Shown piece by piece: positions 12,461 to 25,370 of a DNA stretch of 64,000 bases (position 1 is the stretch's first letter; each line of letters starts with the position of its first letter). The stretch is from Mytilus edulis (lineage: Eukaryota): assembly GCF_963676685.1 (NCBI RefSeq), contig NC_092355.1, positions 67,518,001-67,582,000 on the forward strand, in the 5' to 3' direction. The position numbers and the translations under genes are program-made. The notes under the pieces were generated by a model. The model was not told the origin of the DNA. It was given only the letters and a program-made list of their open reading frames with translations, and did no database searches.

Positions 12461-13940
12461 ACAAAATTTCAAAACTGGTTTCAACGAATGTTCTTATCAA
12501 AAGTGGGTAATATTTGATTTCTTATTTTACTATTTCCGAGATTGTTCCTAAGTAAAACGTATAAGTATATTTATAATATTGTCGAAAGTACATGAAGTTG
12601 ATCATTTTAATTACTTAAGTATGATATCACCATGACATTGTGAAAAGGTACTTTTTGAATGAGTTGCATACAAATCAAATCTGATGACTTCAAATTATAT
12701 TATACGAAATTGTTATCTGATTTTAAGGGAAGTTTAAGCGATGCCGTTTTTTTTTTGTCCTTGTATGTGACCATGTTAATGTTTTAAACACGATTAACGA
12801 TAGCGTTTTTTTTATAGAGTTTTTTATTCTATAACTTCAAACAATTTTATAATTATAATTTTAATTTAAAATTTAGTTTCAAAATACTAAAGTGAAAAAC
12901 CAAATGAAGTTTTTTCGAATCAATATTATCTGTTTTAATTTCCCTAATAGCTAAGGAGTTATGAAATACTATTCACAAAAAAAAACTCAAAAATCTTTTT
13001 TGTTAGCTAAATAGCATCGAAGATTTATTCCGGTTTACAAATAGATATTGTCCATTACTTTATTAGATTGTAAGAAAAATGAATTGAAAGTATAACATAA
13101 AAAAAATGTCTTAACATATACATCAATGGTATGCTTTGAAATTAATTGTGCTTGGTGATTATTTCAAAAGAAAGAAACAAAATAAAAGTATGATATCTTC
13201 TTATATCTCTATGCTATACATCTATAGGATAAACTTGGTTTAGGCCCTTCGATAAAAGCTTTTAGCTTAGCTGTAAAAAAAAATTACAATGTTTTGTGTA
13301 CACGTTCTGATGTTAACAATTCTATAACCTCATCCCGTATCTAAACGTTATCTGCAAAAAACGACTTGTGTTTTCAAAATTTTGCTCTTGATGCTCTTGT
13401 GACAATACAAAAGCTTCTTCCTACATTTTTTACAATTTCATTTGCATAAATTTGATTTGACAAAATTATTGCGATTCAACAAACCTAATCCCAGAATCAG
13501 TCTGTATAAAGGATGGCTATGTCTCAATTCCGTGACAACATGTAGCGTATTCGACAAAAAGTAAGAAAGATCACTCATAACAGGTTTCATGGAGTTTCAT
13601 TATAGCATGTGAGATAATGGTCCAATAAGCATTACATCTAAATATAAATCAGATTTTTTTAAAGGCACTACATGAAAAAAATATGGCAAAAATTTCAAAA
13701 CAGGAAGAGCCACCTTCCTTAAATATAAATCAGAATGCCAGAAGACAGAAGGGTCTAAATACGGTTTACAGAAAGCAGAATAAGGTATAAAAATGCTTAC
13801 TAAAAGGCAGACAACTACTTATGAAAGGCAATAAAAAGTTATTGAATATGTGAATCTATTTCGTTTGTTGTCCTTGTAATATGTCAGAAACGTCACGAGT
13901 TCAACATATCACTTTAAAATTTATCAATGTACTTTTTCAG

Positions 13941-14161
13941 CTGATATTGAACTCTTATATAACGCTGCAATTTGCATACAAGGCAATAATACAGGAAGTG
14001 GTTGGAAATTCCTGGATGGAACACTTATGACGTATTCCAACTGGGGCTTGAACCAACCATATAAAAATTCAAATCAACTGCGCATGATCAGATGGAAGAA
14101 CTACGTTTGGGTCACTACTAGTGAAACTGTGATTTGCAGTTACCTATGTGAATATCCCTGA
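13941..14161 (+). CDS. PAN + C-type lectin gene, terminal exon 3a (ADIELLYNAAICIQGNNTGSGWKFLDGTLMTYSNWGLNQPYKNSNQLRMIRWKNYVWVTTSETVICSYLCEYP*)
   Basis: tttttcag acceptor, phase 1; W-x-F-x-DG, Y-x-NW-x3-QP and YLCE are CTLD motifs. Confidence 0.85.
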
Positions 14162-14797
14162 TTTATGGCAACAGTACAGATTTACATACATGTTCACGAC
14201 TATATGCTCTAAGTTGTGCCGTTAACTGTGTAAATATCAATTACTTTAAGTGTTAGTTCTAGAGAGACAATTGTAAATACATAAAGACTAGATTTTCATT
14301 TTATAATGTTGTGTATTTATGTTCTAATATTGTATTGCTATAACAATTCGTTATACGTAAAATTCAACCAAATCATGGTACGTCACATCCAGTTCTTTAC
14401 AAAAAATGGTCGAATAAACATATGATCTTAAATTCAAAAGTTGCAGTATATTCATCATACTTTTAATTGAAGTAAAAAATAAATCTGGGTCAATAACATA
14501 TATTTTGGGTGTTTAATTTAGTGTTTCTATAAAATATTTTGGAAACTTGCAGTCACATTGTCACCAAAGCTTGGCACAGATAGAAAAGAGATCAAAAATT
14601 GATTGGTTAACTTTCAGTAATGGTTATTTTCTTATATGGAATTAAAAAAAGACGGACGGAAGATACCAAAGGGACAGTCAAACTCATAAATCTAAAAAAA
14701 AACTGACAACGCCATGGCTAAAAATGAAAAAGACAAACAGAAAAACAATAGTAAACATGACACAACATAGAAAACTAAAGAATAAACAACACGAACC

Positions 14798-15666
14798 AAT
14801 GTTATGTGAAACTTTGTCTATAAAACTGGAAATGATACAAATTAACTCATGCCAAGTATTTTTTTTTTTTATTTGAAACAAAGATAATTTCTGCGCAATT
14901 TTTTGAGAAGTGCAAATTTAACAACGGCTAGTAGGGGGAAATCAATGGTGGTATTACACCTTAAGGCAATGAGCAGATTTTTGTATTAGACGAATCCTTG
15001 TAAATATATTGAACGGTTTATGTTTTTACTGTGGCTTGTACATGTTGTAATAGAGCTGTGGTGTAGTGGTTAGTGCATCGGACTACTTACGCAAAGGTTC
15101 CTGGTTCGATTCTCGTTTGGGATGAAAATTTCAGGAACTCAATGTTCGGCTCTACCTTGACACCATCTGCTAGTATGGTCTTGGGGAAACGATGATAGTC
15201 CGTCGGAAGGGGGCGATAATTGACTGACCCGTGTTAAGAGAGAGCCATATCTCTTGCACGTTAAAGACACCCTTGTAGATTTCGAAAACGAGTAGGTTAA
15301 TGCCGCTACAAGGCAGCACTCGCACCTGCAAAGTGGAAAGGGATTAATATAAGTTGCAAAACTTGTTTCCCAATCCACTGTTTAAACTAAACATGTTGTA
15401 AGGCCACATGTCACCCAGGTAAAATTGTGAGGCCTTTCTTGGTTAAACAAACCAGAATTCGTATGCACATCTTTTAATTGCAAAGTGGACCAGCGTTCAT
15501 TGCCTTTTAAAAAGGTTTCATACGACCATTGATTTCCCCCTACTAGTTGTTTTTGTACATCTCAAATCATTGCGCAGAAACTATCTTTGTTTCAAATTAA
15601 AAAAATACTTGGCATGAGTTAATTTGTATCATTGTCAGTTTTATGGACAAAGTTTCACATAACATT
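14798..15666. mobile_element. MITE/foldback element with imperfect terminal inverted repeats of about 150 bp, hosting a SINE
   Basis: aatgttatgtgaaactttgtc...tagtagggggaaatcaatggt is mirrored by accattgatttccccctacta...gacaaagtttcacataacatt. Confidence 0.8.
15051..15390 (+). mobile_element. tRNA-derived SINE (Deu/Nin-domain type) with an 11-bp target-site duplication
   Basis: A box TGGTGTAGTGG, B box GGTTCGATTC, central gtccgtcggaagg...gcacgttaaagacaccc domain; ACATGTTGTAA at 15040-15050 and 15391-15401. Confidence 0.85.
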
Positions 15667-15769
15667 TAATTCCATAACCATGTTTGAAGATAAAGTTGTC
15701 TCAACACCAGATGTTCAAAATATTTTAATAAGATAATACTAACGTTACATGTTGTTCAGAATGAAATCA

Positions 15770-16640
15770 GCCCTTCTAAGGAAGAAAGAAACGAAGTTCG
15801 CAATATCGTTCTACTTTACTTTTCGCTATATAGATGATGTTCTCTCACTAAATATTTAAACGAATCTATCCCATCGACCTTGAGATAAAAGATAAAATCA
15901 CAAAAATACTGCTCCGAGGAAAATTCAAAACAGAAACCCCCTAATTAAATTGCAAAATCAAAAGCTCTAACAAATCAAACGATTGGAAAACAACTGTCAT
16001 ATTCCTGACTTGGTACAGACATTTTCTTGTTTAGAAAATGGTGGATTGAACCTAGTTTTATAGCTAGCTAAACCTCCCACTTGCATGGCAGTTTCATCAA
16101 ATTCCATTATATTGACAACGGACATAAGTATAGGGGAACAGCAGTCAACACTGTTATAATCTTAATCACTGTAAGGTAAAGGATACAACATATACAGGTA
16201 AATCTGTCTCATATCTTGACTTACATCTCGAAATTGACATTGAAGTTCGTTTGAAAACATATTTTTACAACAAAAGTGTAATTTGAGCTTCCCAATTGTG
16301 AAATTTTCGTTTCTATGTAGCAACATTCTAGCAGCGCCTGCATAAGGATTACATATCTACTAATTGATACTATATTCCGGGGCTTGTATTTCCTATTATG
16401 ATTCTGCGATAGAGGGTTGCTGCTCACAATGAAGCTATCAAATCAAGAGTTCAAAATGGTGACGTTGATATCATCTTTTTATACATTTTAACGGACACCA
16501 TCGCCTGTTGGTTGACTGTTATGGTATATCCGTTTCACAGATGACTGCAAATATATTCCTAATGTCGTAACTTAATGGGATGTCTCCTTTTCGCGAATGA
16601 ACCTACCGAATTAGACTTTTTACCCAGTTTGTACGAAAAT
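15770..16640 (+). mobile_element. Degenerate Penelope-like RT 3' fragment (interrupted); partly duplicated at about 23155-23620
   Basis: FTFRYIDDVLSL, SYLDLHLEID and FPIV..F..SNI.AAPA-like peptides with frameshifts. Confidence 0.7.
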
Positions 16641-18287
16641 GATCAATATGGTCGTTCGGTAAATCTAAATTAAAATGTATTTACTGTTACTCATTTGAAG
16701 CCTTCTTCTCTATTTAGAAAAGTAATTGTGTTAGATAAGCTTACTGGAGACGTGATGAAACAATTGAAGCTTTTATTTTTCTCTTTGATTACATCAATGT
16801 ACGTTTCGGCAACAAAGTTTTAAGATATGTTGTTGGTAACTATTTCCATAGTTTGTTCCTGTGTTTTGTATTTTTTGTATATTCCTGTACTATTTAAAGT
16901 TAGAATTTATAATTTTTCCTTTATTGTGGTTTGTTGCTGCTTTTCTTATTTTCGTTTTTTTTTGTTACATATTTTCTACATAAGTTTTCTGGCTAGAAAT
17001 ATTTCACATTTGTCATTTCTCATAAATACCCCAAAAAAATAGATGTGGTATATACTCAAAATACTAAAGTGAGAAACCAAATGAAGTTTTTTCGAATCAA
17101 TATAATCTGTTTTAATTTCCCTAATAACTAAGGAGTTATGAAATACTATAAACAAACAAAACTCAAAAATATTTTTTGTTAGCTAAAGAGCATCGAAGAT
17201 TTATTCCGGTTTACAAATAAATATTGTCCATTACTTTATTAGATTGTAAGAAAAATGAATTGAAAGTATAACATAAAAAAATGTCTAACGTATACATCAA
17301 TAGTATGCTTTGAAAGCAAAATAAGTAACACGCAAATTGAAAAAAATAATAATAATGGCGTGTGAGGAAGTTGGTAATTGAATTTCTGTTAAAGTATGAA
17401 ATGAATTGTGCTTGGTGATTATGTCAAAAGAAAGAAAAAAAAGAAAAGTATGATATCTTCTTATATCTATATACTATACATTTAAAGGATAAACTTGGGT
17501 CGTTGAGAAACTTCACACAGCGTTTATTCTTATCACATATAGATATCAATATACACTGGCCACCAAGATTAGGCCCTTCGATAAAAGCTTTTAGCTTAGC
17601 TGTAAAAAAAAATTACAATGTTTTGTGTACACGTTCTGATGTTAACAATTCTATAACCTCATCCCGTATCTAAACGTTATCTGCTAAAAACGACTTGTGT
17701 TTTCAAAATTTTGCTCTTGATGCTCTTGTGACAATACAAAAGCTTCTTCCTACATTTTTAACAATTTCATTTGCATAAATTTCATTTGACAAAATTATTG
17801 CGATTCAACAAACCTAATCCCAGAATCAGTTTGAATAAAGGATGGCTATGTCTCAATTCCGTGAAAACATGTAGTGTATTCGACAAAAAGTAAGAAACAT
17901 CACTCATAACAGGTGTCATGGAGTTTCATTATAGCATGTGATATAATTTGCAGATAATGGTCCAATAAGCATTACATCTAAATATAAATCAGATTTTTTT
18001 TAATGGCACTACATGTAAACAATATGGCAAAAATTTCAAAACAGGAAGAGCCACCTTCCTTAAATATAAATCAGAATGCCAGAAGACAGAAGGGTCTAAA
18101 TACGGTTTACAGCAGCAAAATAAGGTATAAAAAATGCTTACTAAAAGGCAGACAACTACTTATGAAAGGTAATATAAAGTTATTGAATATGTGAATCTAT
18201 TTCGTTTGTTGTCCTCGTAATATGTCAGAAACGTCACGAGTTCAACATATCACTTTAAAATTTATCAAATTGAATGTACTTTTTCAG

Positions 18288-18508
18288 CTGATATTGAACT
18301 CGTATATAACGCTGCAATTTGCATACAAGGCAAGAATACAGGAAGTGGTTGGAAATTCCTGGATGGAACACTTATGACGTATTCCAACTGGGGCTTGAAC
18401 CAACCATATAAAAATTCAAATCAACTGCGCATGATCAGATGGAAGAACTACGTTTGGACCACTACTAGTGATACTGTGAATTGCAGTTACCTATGTGAAT
18501 ATCCCTGA
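18288..18508 (+). CDS. Duplicated terminal exon 3b of the lectin gene (possible alternative last exon)
   Basis: 221-nt copy of 13941-14161 with intact acceptor, frame and stop; 6 nt differences. Confidence 0.6.
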
Positions 18509-20251
18509 TTTATGGCAACAGTACAGATTTACATACAGTGGAGATCACTTCTAACCTCTCATTAGAACTGTCAGGAGAACTGTCATAGAACTGTTCTAAC
18601 CTGTCCTAGAACAGTTCTACCTAGAACAGTTCTACCCTAGAACTGTTCTAAGTAGAACTGTCAGAATCAGTTCTAGGTAGAACTGACTAAATCAGTTCTA
18701 GGTAGAACTGACTAAATCAGTTCTAATTGAACTGTCAGGATCAGTTCTAGGGTAGAACTGTCTAAATCAGTTCTAGGTAGAACTGTCAGGATCAGTTCTA
18801 GGGTAGAACTGTCTAAATCAGTTCTAGGTAGAACTGTCCAAATCAGTTCTAACCGTAGAACTGTCAGCAGAACTGACTAAATCAGTCAGGACTGTAGAAC
18901 AGTTCTAAACCGACGTCACTGCAGTAAGGGCACTTTAGAATTTAGAAGAAATAAATCACTTTCAATTACTTTCAATTGCTATATAAAAGCAGATTTTCTA
19001 TATTTCCTTCTGATCATACGTTACATGTACAAATATCGAAGTGAATAGGAGGTTATCCAACTCATGGGAGAAATATTTTTATAAGATTGCATAGGAAACA
19101 TCATTGTTTACGTTTCTTCGTTCCCCGTTTTTAACAGTCTCTTCATACATGTCATAAATATATCTCTGCATTTAATTCATGGAATTTTAATCGTAATTTA
19201 CCTTGTTTGCCTTGGATTTACATTCATTTAAGATTCTGTTTAACAAATGTTCATACGAAAATTGTACAGTGGATGAATTACGGGATATTAATGATAAAAG
19301 TGTTGTATTATAACGTAAAAAAACAGTATACATTTGCACCATCTCGTCAATTTAGCCAGACTTATACATAACGATTATAAATGATATCTGGGAGTCTGAA
19401 ACTCAGAAAAATATACTCATCTTAACATGAATGAAGCATTTGCCACTGGACGTTCGGCTACAAACAAAATCATGCATTTTTCTTTGCCTTCTTCCATTTG
19501 TCTTCAAATTATATTAACAGTATACTATTCCAAGAAGAGAACTTCCCATACATGTACTTTTTATTTTAAAATAAAGTATATGAATCAGTCATGTGAGTGT
19601 TGGATGATGCCGTAAAATAGTTTTGTTTAAAAAAAAAACATCACAAACTAACTGACTTAAAAAGTCACTTCAGTGACGGTTCATTATTATGGATACAGAG
19701 AGAAAATAAGGGTGCGCTAAATTTTTAGATATGGTATAAATACACCTTACCGCTATTTGTCTGGCATTACTGGATATCGCACAGGTTCCCGTAAAAATTT
19801 GACATCATAAAACAAAATATCTGACGCCACAATGGAAAAGTGATTGTTGTATGCTTCAAAAGAGGCCAGGTCAGCCAGGATTAGCAATATAGGTGTATTG
19901 TGTTCCAAAGTTGGTGTCATTTTTATCATACGATCCGTCCTGACATAGAAATATTAATGGTTTACAATGAGGCCATATATATTTACATGATAAGTGTAAA
20001 TAAATTCAGTTTTGGTTGATATGGTCAAATAATTTTGTTAAAACGACTCAGTCTGATACATGTATATCGAAACTACTAAAATTTGTTTACAATTCAATAT
20101 TTTGAATAAAAAGAGGACTTGCAGAAAATTGCTGGTACTCTAAATTGATGTGAAATTTTTTTTTTAGCCAATGTGTTACAATATTGCTGTCATTTGAATT
20201 ATACAATCCATCGTGATATGTAACTACATGTATAAGTGATTTACTATGCGG

Positions 20252-20252
<1 letters not shown>

Positions 20253-20321
<69 letters not shown>
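20253..20321. repeat. (TA)n microsatellite
   Basis: Seen directly. Confidence 0.95.
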
Positions 20322-20324
<3 letters not shown>

Positions 20325-22099
20325 GATTTACATTATAAAGTGTAAATATAGTCAGTTTTGGTTGATGCTGTCACATATGGTCAGTTTTGGTTGATGCGGT
20401 CAAATATGGTCAGTTTTCATGGTTTTGGTTGATGCAGACAAATAATTTTGTTATATCCATGAGTCAGTCTGAGATATCAAAACTACTGAAATTAGTTTAC
20501 GATTCAAAACTTTGATTAAAAAGAGGAAATGCTGGCACTTTAAACTGATGCGAGCATAATTTTGTTTTCCAATGTTGCTTTCCTTTATCATGTTTATATT
20601 GAACAATCCATCCTGTTATAAAAATATAAGCACGCGCAATATAAAATTCTACTCGGAACAATATTCCCCAATATGCATGCAATAACCCTATAATATAGAT
20701 CATTTGTATTATAATGATTATACACTTCATCCTTACATAAAAATATTACAGATTTACTATGCGACTATAAGAGTTGTATAAAAAAGAGCAAATATGGTCA
20801 GTTTTGGTTGATGTGGTCAAAAATTGTCAGTTTTGGTTGATGCTGTCAAATATGGGCAGTTTTGATTGATACAGACAAATAATTTTGTAACATGAGTCAG
20901 TCTGAGGTATGAAAACTACTGATATTTGTTTCTGATGCGATATTTTGAATAAAAGTAGGAAATGCTGGCACCCTCAATTAACGTGAGAAAAAAAATTGAT
21001 TTCCAATATTGCAGTTATTTATATACTACAGTCCCTCTCGAACTAAAATTATAACTGAATTGCTGTGCAGCTATATAGATTTACATAATAAAAAGCAAAT
21101 ATGGTAAGTTTTGGTTGATGCAGTCAAAAGATTTTATTACACGACTCAGTCTGAAGTATAAAAACTACTGATATTTGTTTATGATTCAATATTTTGAATA
21201 AAACAAGGACATGCTCATTGGAGGATCAAGGGGAGGGGATCCAGGGGATGGAACCCCACTTTTTTTTAACATCAATGCATATGAATGGGAGCATATAGTT
21301 GGACCCCAGCCTGGATCTAGCTGCTCCTGCATGCTGGCACTATAAATTGATGTGAACAATTACATTTTGTCCAAAATTGCTGTGACTTGTATATTACAGT
21401 TCCTCTAGACCTAAAATTAAAACTGAAGTACTGTGCAGCTATATAGATTTGCAGAAAGAAAAAGCAAATAAAGGCAGTTTAGATTGATGCGGTCAAAAGA
21501 TTTTTGTTAAACAGGTCATCCGAGGTATGAAAACTACTCGAAAACAGATATTATATTGGTTATTGAGGTCCGATATTTTGTTATGTGATAATGAGCCATC
21601 CTGCCTCCCGGAATAATAAATGTAAAACAATTCAAATAATAATGCCCCCCCCCCTTAATACTAACGGCCTAATTTATGTACAAAAATTGAGAGAAAAAAA
21701 TTTATGTAACATATCAACAAAAGAAAATCACTGAATTATATGTTCCTGACTTGGAACAGGCACATACATGCAGAATATGGCGGGGTTAACAGGTTAAACA
21801 TGTTCTCTAAGGCAGCAACCATTTGATTTTCTGGAGGGGGGGGGGGGGGGCTATGGGGTTTTTTTCTGTACAAACTTTTTTTTCGACTTCGGCGAAGAAC
21901 AATCTATTTTTTTAGCGACAAACCGAAAACAATTTTTGTCTTTCATTTTTAGCATTACATATAGTGGCAGCTGAGGATGAAACAAACAATTTTTTTTTCT
22001 CAGGGTCCAAAACAAATTATTTTTTTCACCAAAACTCTATATAATTTAAATCGCTTTTTTACCCAACCCTGTATATTAAGGTAAAGTGTTCTTAAAACT

Positions 22100-22362
22100 T
22101 ACAAATCAACTCTAGCCGTAGAATTTATAAATCAATTTTAGCCGTAGAATTTATAAATCAATTCTGGCCGTAAAATTTATAAAAATCAATTTAAGCCGTA
22201 GAATTTATAAATCAATTTTAGCCGTAAAATTTATAAATCAATTTTAGCCGTAGAATTTATAAATCAATTCTGGCCGTAGTATTTATAAATCAATTCTGGC
22301 CGTAGAATTTATAAAAATCAATTCTAGCCGTAGAATTAGAAATCAATTCTAACCGTAGAACT
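22100..22362. repeat. About 26-bp minisatellite (tagccgtagaatttataaatcaattt), roughly 10 copies, inside the foldback element
   Basis: Seen directly. Confidence 0.9.
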
Positions 22363-24034
22363 GTTCTAGAAGTAGAACTGACCAAATATCTGGTCAGTTC
22401 TAGCTAGAACTGTCAGGATCAGTTCTAGGGTAGAACTGTCAGGATCAGTTCTAGGTAGAACTGTCCAAATCAGTTCTAGGTAGAACTGACCAAATCAGTT
22501 CTAGCTAGAACAGTTCTAACCTAGAACTGACTAAAAGGTGTCAGGCTGACAGTTCTACGTACTGTTCTAGAACAGTTCTCCTGACAGATTTAATGAGAGG
22601 TTAGAAGTGATCTCCACTGTACATGTTCACGACTATATGCTCTAAGTTGTGCAGTTACCTGTGTAAATATCAATTACTTTAAGTGTTAGTTTTAGAGGGA
22701 CAATTGTAAATACATAAAGACTAGATTTTCATTTTATAATGTTATGTATTTATGTTCTAATATTGTATTGCTATAACAATTCGTTATACGTAAAATTCAA
22801 CCAAATCATGGTACGTCACATCCAGTTTTTTACAAAAAAGGGTCGAAAAAACATATGATCGTAAATTCAAAAGTTGCAGTATATTCATCATACTTTTAAT
22901 TGAAGTAAAAAATAAATCTGGGTCATTAACATATAACAAAATCAAAAGCTCTAACAAATCAAACGATTGGAAAACAACTGTCATATTCCTGACTTGGTAC
23001 AGACATTTTCTTATTTAGAAAATGGTGGATTGAACCTGGTTTTATAGCTAGCTAAACCTCCCACTTGCATGGCAGTTTCATCAAATTCCATTATATTGAC
23101 AACGGACATAAGTATAGGAGAACAGCAGTCAACACTGTTATAATCTTAATCACTGTAAGGTAAAGGATACAACATATACAGGTAAATCTGTCTCATATCT
23201 TGACTTACATCTCGAAATTGACATTGAAGTTCGTTTGAAAACATATTTTTACAACAAAAGTGTAATTTGAGCTTCCCAATTGTGAAATTTTCATTTCTAT
23301 GTAGCAACATTCTAACAGCGCCTGCATACGGATTACATATCTACTAATTGAAACTATATTCCGGGGCTTGTATTTCCTATTATGATTCTGCGATAGAGGG
23401 TTGCTGCTCACAATGAAGCTATCAAATCAAGAGTTCAAAATGGTGACGTTGATATCATCTTTTTATACATTTTAACGGACACCATCGCCTGTTGGTTGAC
23501 TGTTATGGTATATCCGTTTCACAGATGACTGCAAATATATTCCTAATGTCGTAACCTAAATCCCGTCCCCTTTTCGCGAATGAACTTACCGAATTAGACT
23601 TTTCACCTAGTTTGTACGAAAATGATCAATATGGTCGTTTGGTAAATCTAAATTAAAATATATTTACTGTTACTCATTTGAAGCCTTCTTCTCTATTTAG
23701 AAAAGTAATTGTGTCAAATAAGCTTACTGGCGACGTGTTGAAACAATTGAAGCTTTTATTTTTCTCTTTGATTACATTAATGTACGTTTCGGCAACAAAG
23801 TTTTAAGATATGTTGTAGGTAACTATTTCCATAGTTTGTTCCTGTGTTTTGTATTTTTTGTATATTCCTGTACTATTTAAAGTTAGAATTTATAATTATT
23901 CCTTTATTGTGGTTTGTTGCTGTTTTTCTTATTTTCGGGGTTTTTTTATTACATATTTTCTATATAAGTTTTCTGGCTAGAAATATTTCACATTTGTCAT
24001 TTCTCATAAATACCAGAAAAAAATAGATGTGGTA

Positions 24035-25370
24035 CCCAGGTTTCTTTAACTTAGAAGCACATATCACTTAATATATCAAATGCATATGGGGAATAACTCG
24101 CATATGGAGTTTCCTGAAAGTTTTGGTCAAAATAAAACGTATCATCGTGAGGATATAATGAGCAGTTTAGAAAAAAAAAATTGTCGCTTTCTTTAACGGT
24201 TGAGAAGGAGATCTCATAACAAGTAAAACAGTATTCGGAGAAATAACTCTTACACTGAAAAGTGTTCGGTTTAGCAGGGTTAGTTTCAAAAGTGTATAGA
24301 ATGGTATAATAGTATATACCAAAAAACTAAGGGACAAATTTTGAAAATATAATACAGCGCCAAAAAAATGGGCGGAAGAAAATAAAAAAAAATAAAAAAT
24401 GGTCTTTCCACCCATAAAGTTCAATTTTAATATAGAACTTGGAAAATTCAGTTTCAAATATCATATCCAGCGTCAAATGATAGCTTATTGTACACTGATT
24501 CCCAAAAAAAATATGGTTTCTATACATATTTTCCTAAATAAGGGAGATAAATTGTTACTTCCGGTTTGAAATATGTCCAACAGCTTTTTCATGAATACAT
24601 ATGAGGTAAAAGCAAAAGTCAAAATCTGGAAGGTCAATTCAACCTATGACCTTGAGTTCAATTTCAAGGTCATAAACCAAGAGCTTCAAATCAATAGACC
24701 ATAGGTCTTAATAATATATGGTTATTGAGTTATATCACTATATGCCTAATTTTCAATATAAGAGGGGAGAAAACTCCAATTTAATGTTATCGTACCCTTT
24801 CAACCAAAATTCATGTGTTACCACATTACGCAACTTACAATTTAGTAAAAATATGCTGTCTGTTTTTGAAAAGAATTGAAAGAAGCAAAATCAAAATTCA
24901 GAATATGACCTTGACCTCTGACCTTGACCTTATTTTCTTATATTGGATTTAGAACCTCAAATCAAAAGATCCTAGGTCTCTATCACTTATGGTTTACAAG
25001 ATAGAATTGCATATCCCTTATATTACACGCACAAGTGGAAATAACTCTCATATTGAGAGTTCATATTGCTTCGGTCAAAATAGGACAAATCATGCGAAGG
25101 ATATAACGAGTAATTTTATAAAATAAATTTGTCGCTTTCTTTCACGGTTACGGAGAAGATGTAGTCACAAGGAAAACAGTGTTCGGGGAGAATACACATA
25201 CAAAGAAAATTATTTGGTTACGCAGGGTGAATTTCAAATGCGCAAAAACTGTTCGATATCATATACCAAACATCTAAGCGACATCTTGCGAAACAAAATT
25301 GATACGCAAGAAATAAAAGAGGCGGAAGAATGTTTTGGGTAAGAAATAAAACGCAATATTCTTCTAGGCC
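24035..25370 (+). mobile_element. Non-autonomous interspersed element, Helentron/HINE-like, with an internal diverged duplication
   Basis: tgaccttgacct motifs; two diverged copies of ggaaataactc...ggatataa...ttgtcgctttct...ggcggaagaa (about 24090-24385 and 25035-25330); begins at the end of duplication copy B. Confidence 0.45.

Larger units (their letters stand above)
18536..22619. mobile_element. 4084-bp non-autonomous Tc1/mariner-like foldback DNA transposon
   Basis: TIR cagtggagatcacttctaacctctcatta at both ends; TA target duplication shown by the empty site in copy A (ttacaTAcatgttc near 14186); arrays of subterminal AGAACTG-N-CAGTTCT palindromes; no transposase seen. Confidence 0.9.
12879..24034 (+). 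repeat. Tandem segmental duplication: copy A 12879-17050, copy B 17056-24034
   Basis: Both copies start tcaaaatactaaagtga and end aaatagatgtggta; copy B carries a 4.1-kb insertion and lacks about 14503-15952 of copy A; copy A lacks two short segments present in B. Confidence 0.92.

Noticed and set aside
15052-15125. tRNA gene
   Set aside because: No proper acceptor stem; it continues into a SINE body flanked by a TSD
18560-18910. Palindromic repeat arrays resembling CRISPR arrays or hormone/heat-shock response elements
   Set aside because: No unique spacers or cas genes, eukaryotic context, and the spacing does not match GRE/HSE; explained as transposon subterminal repeats
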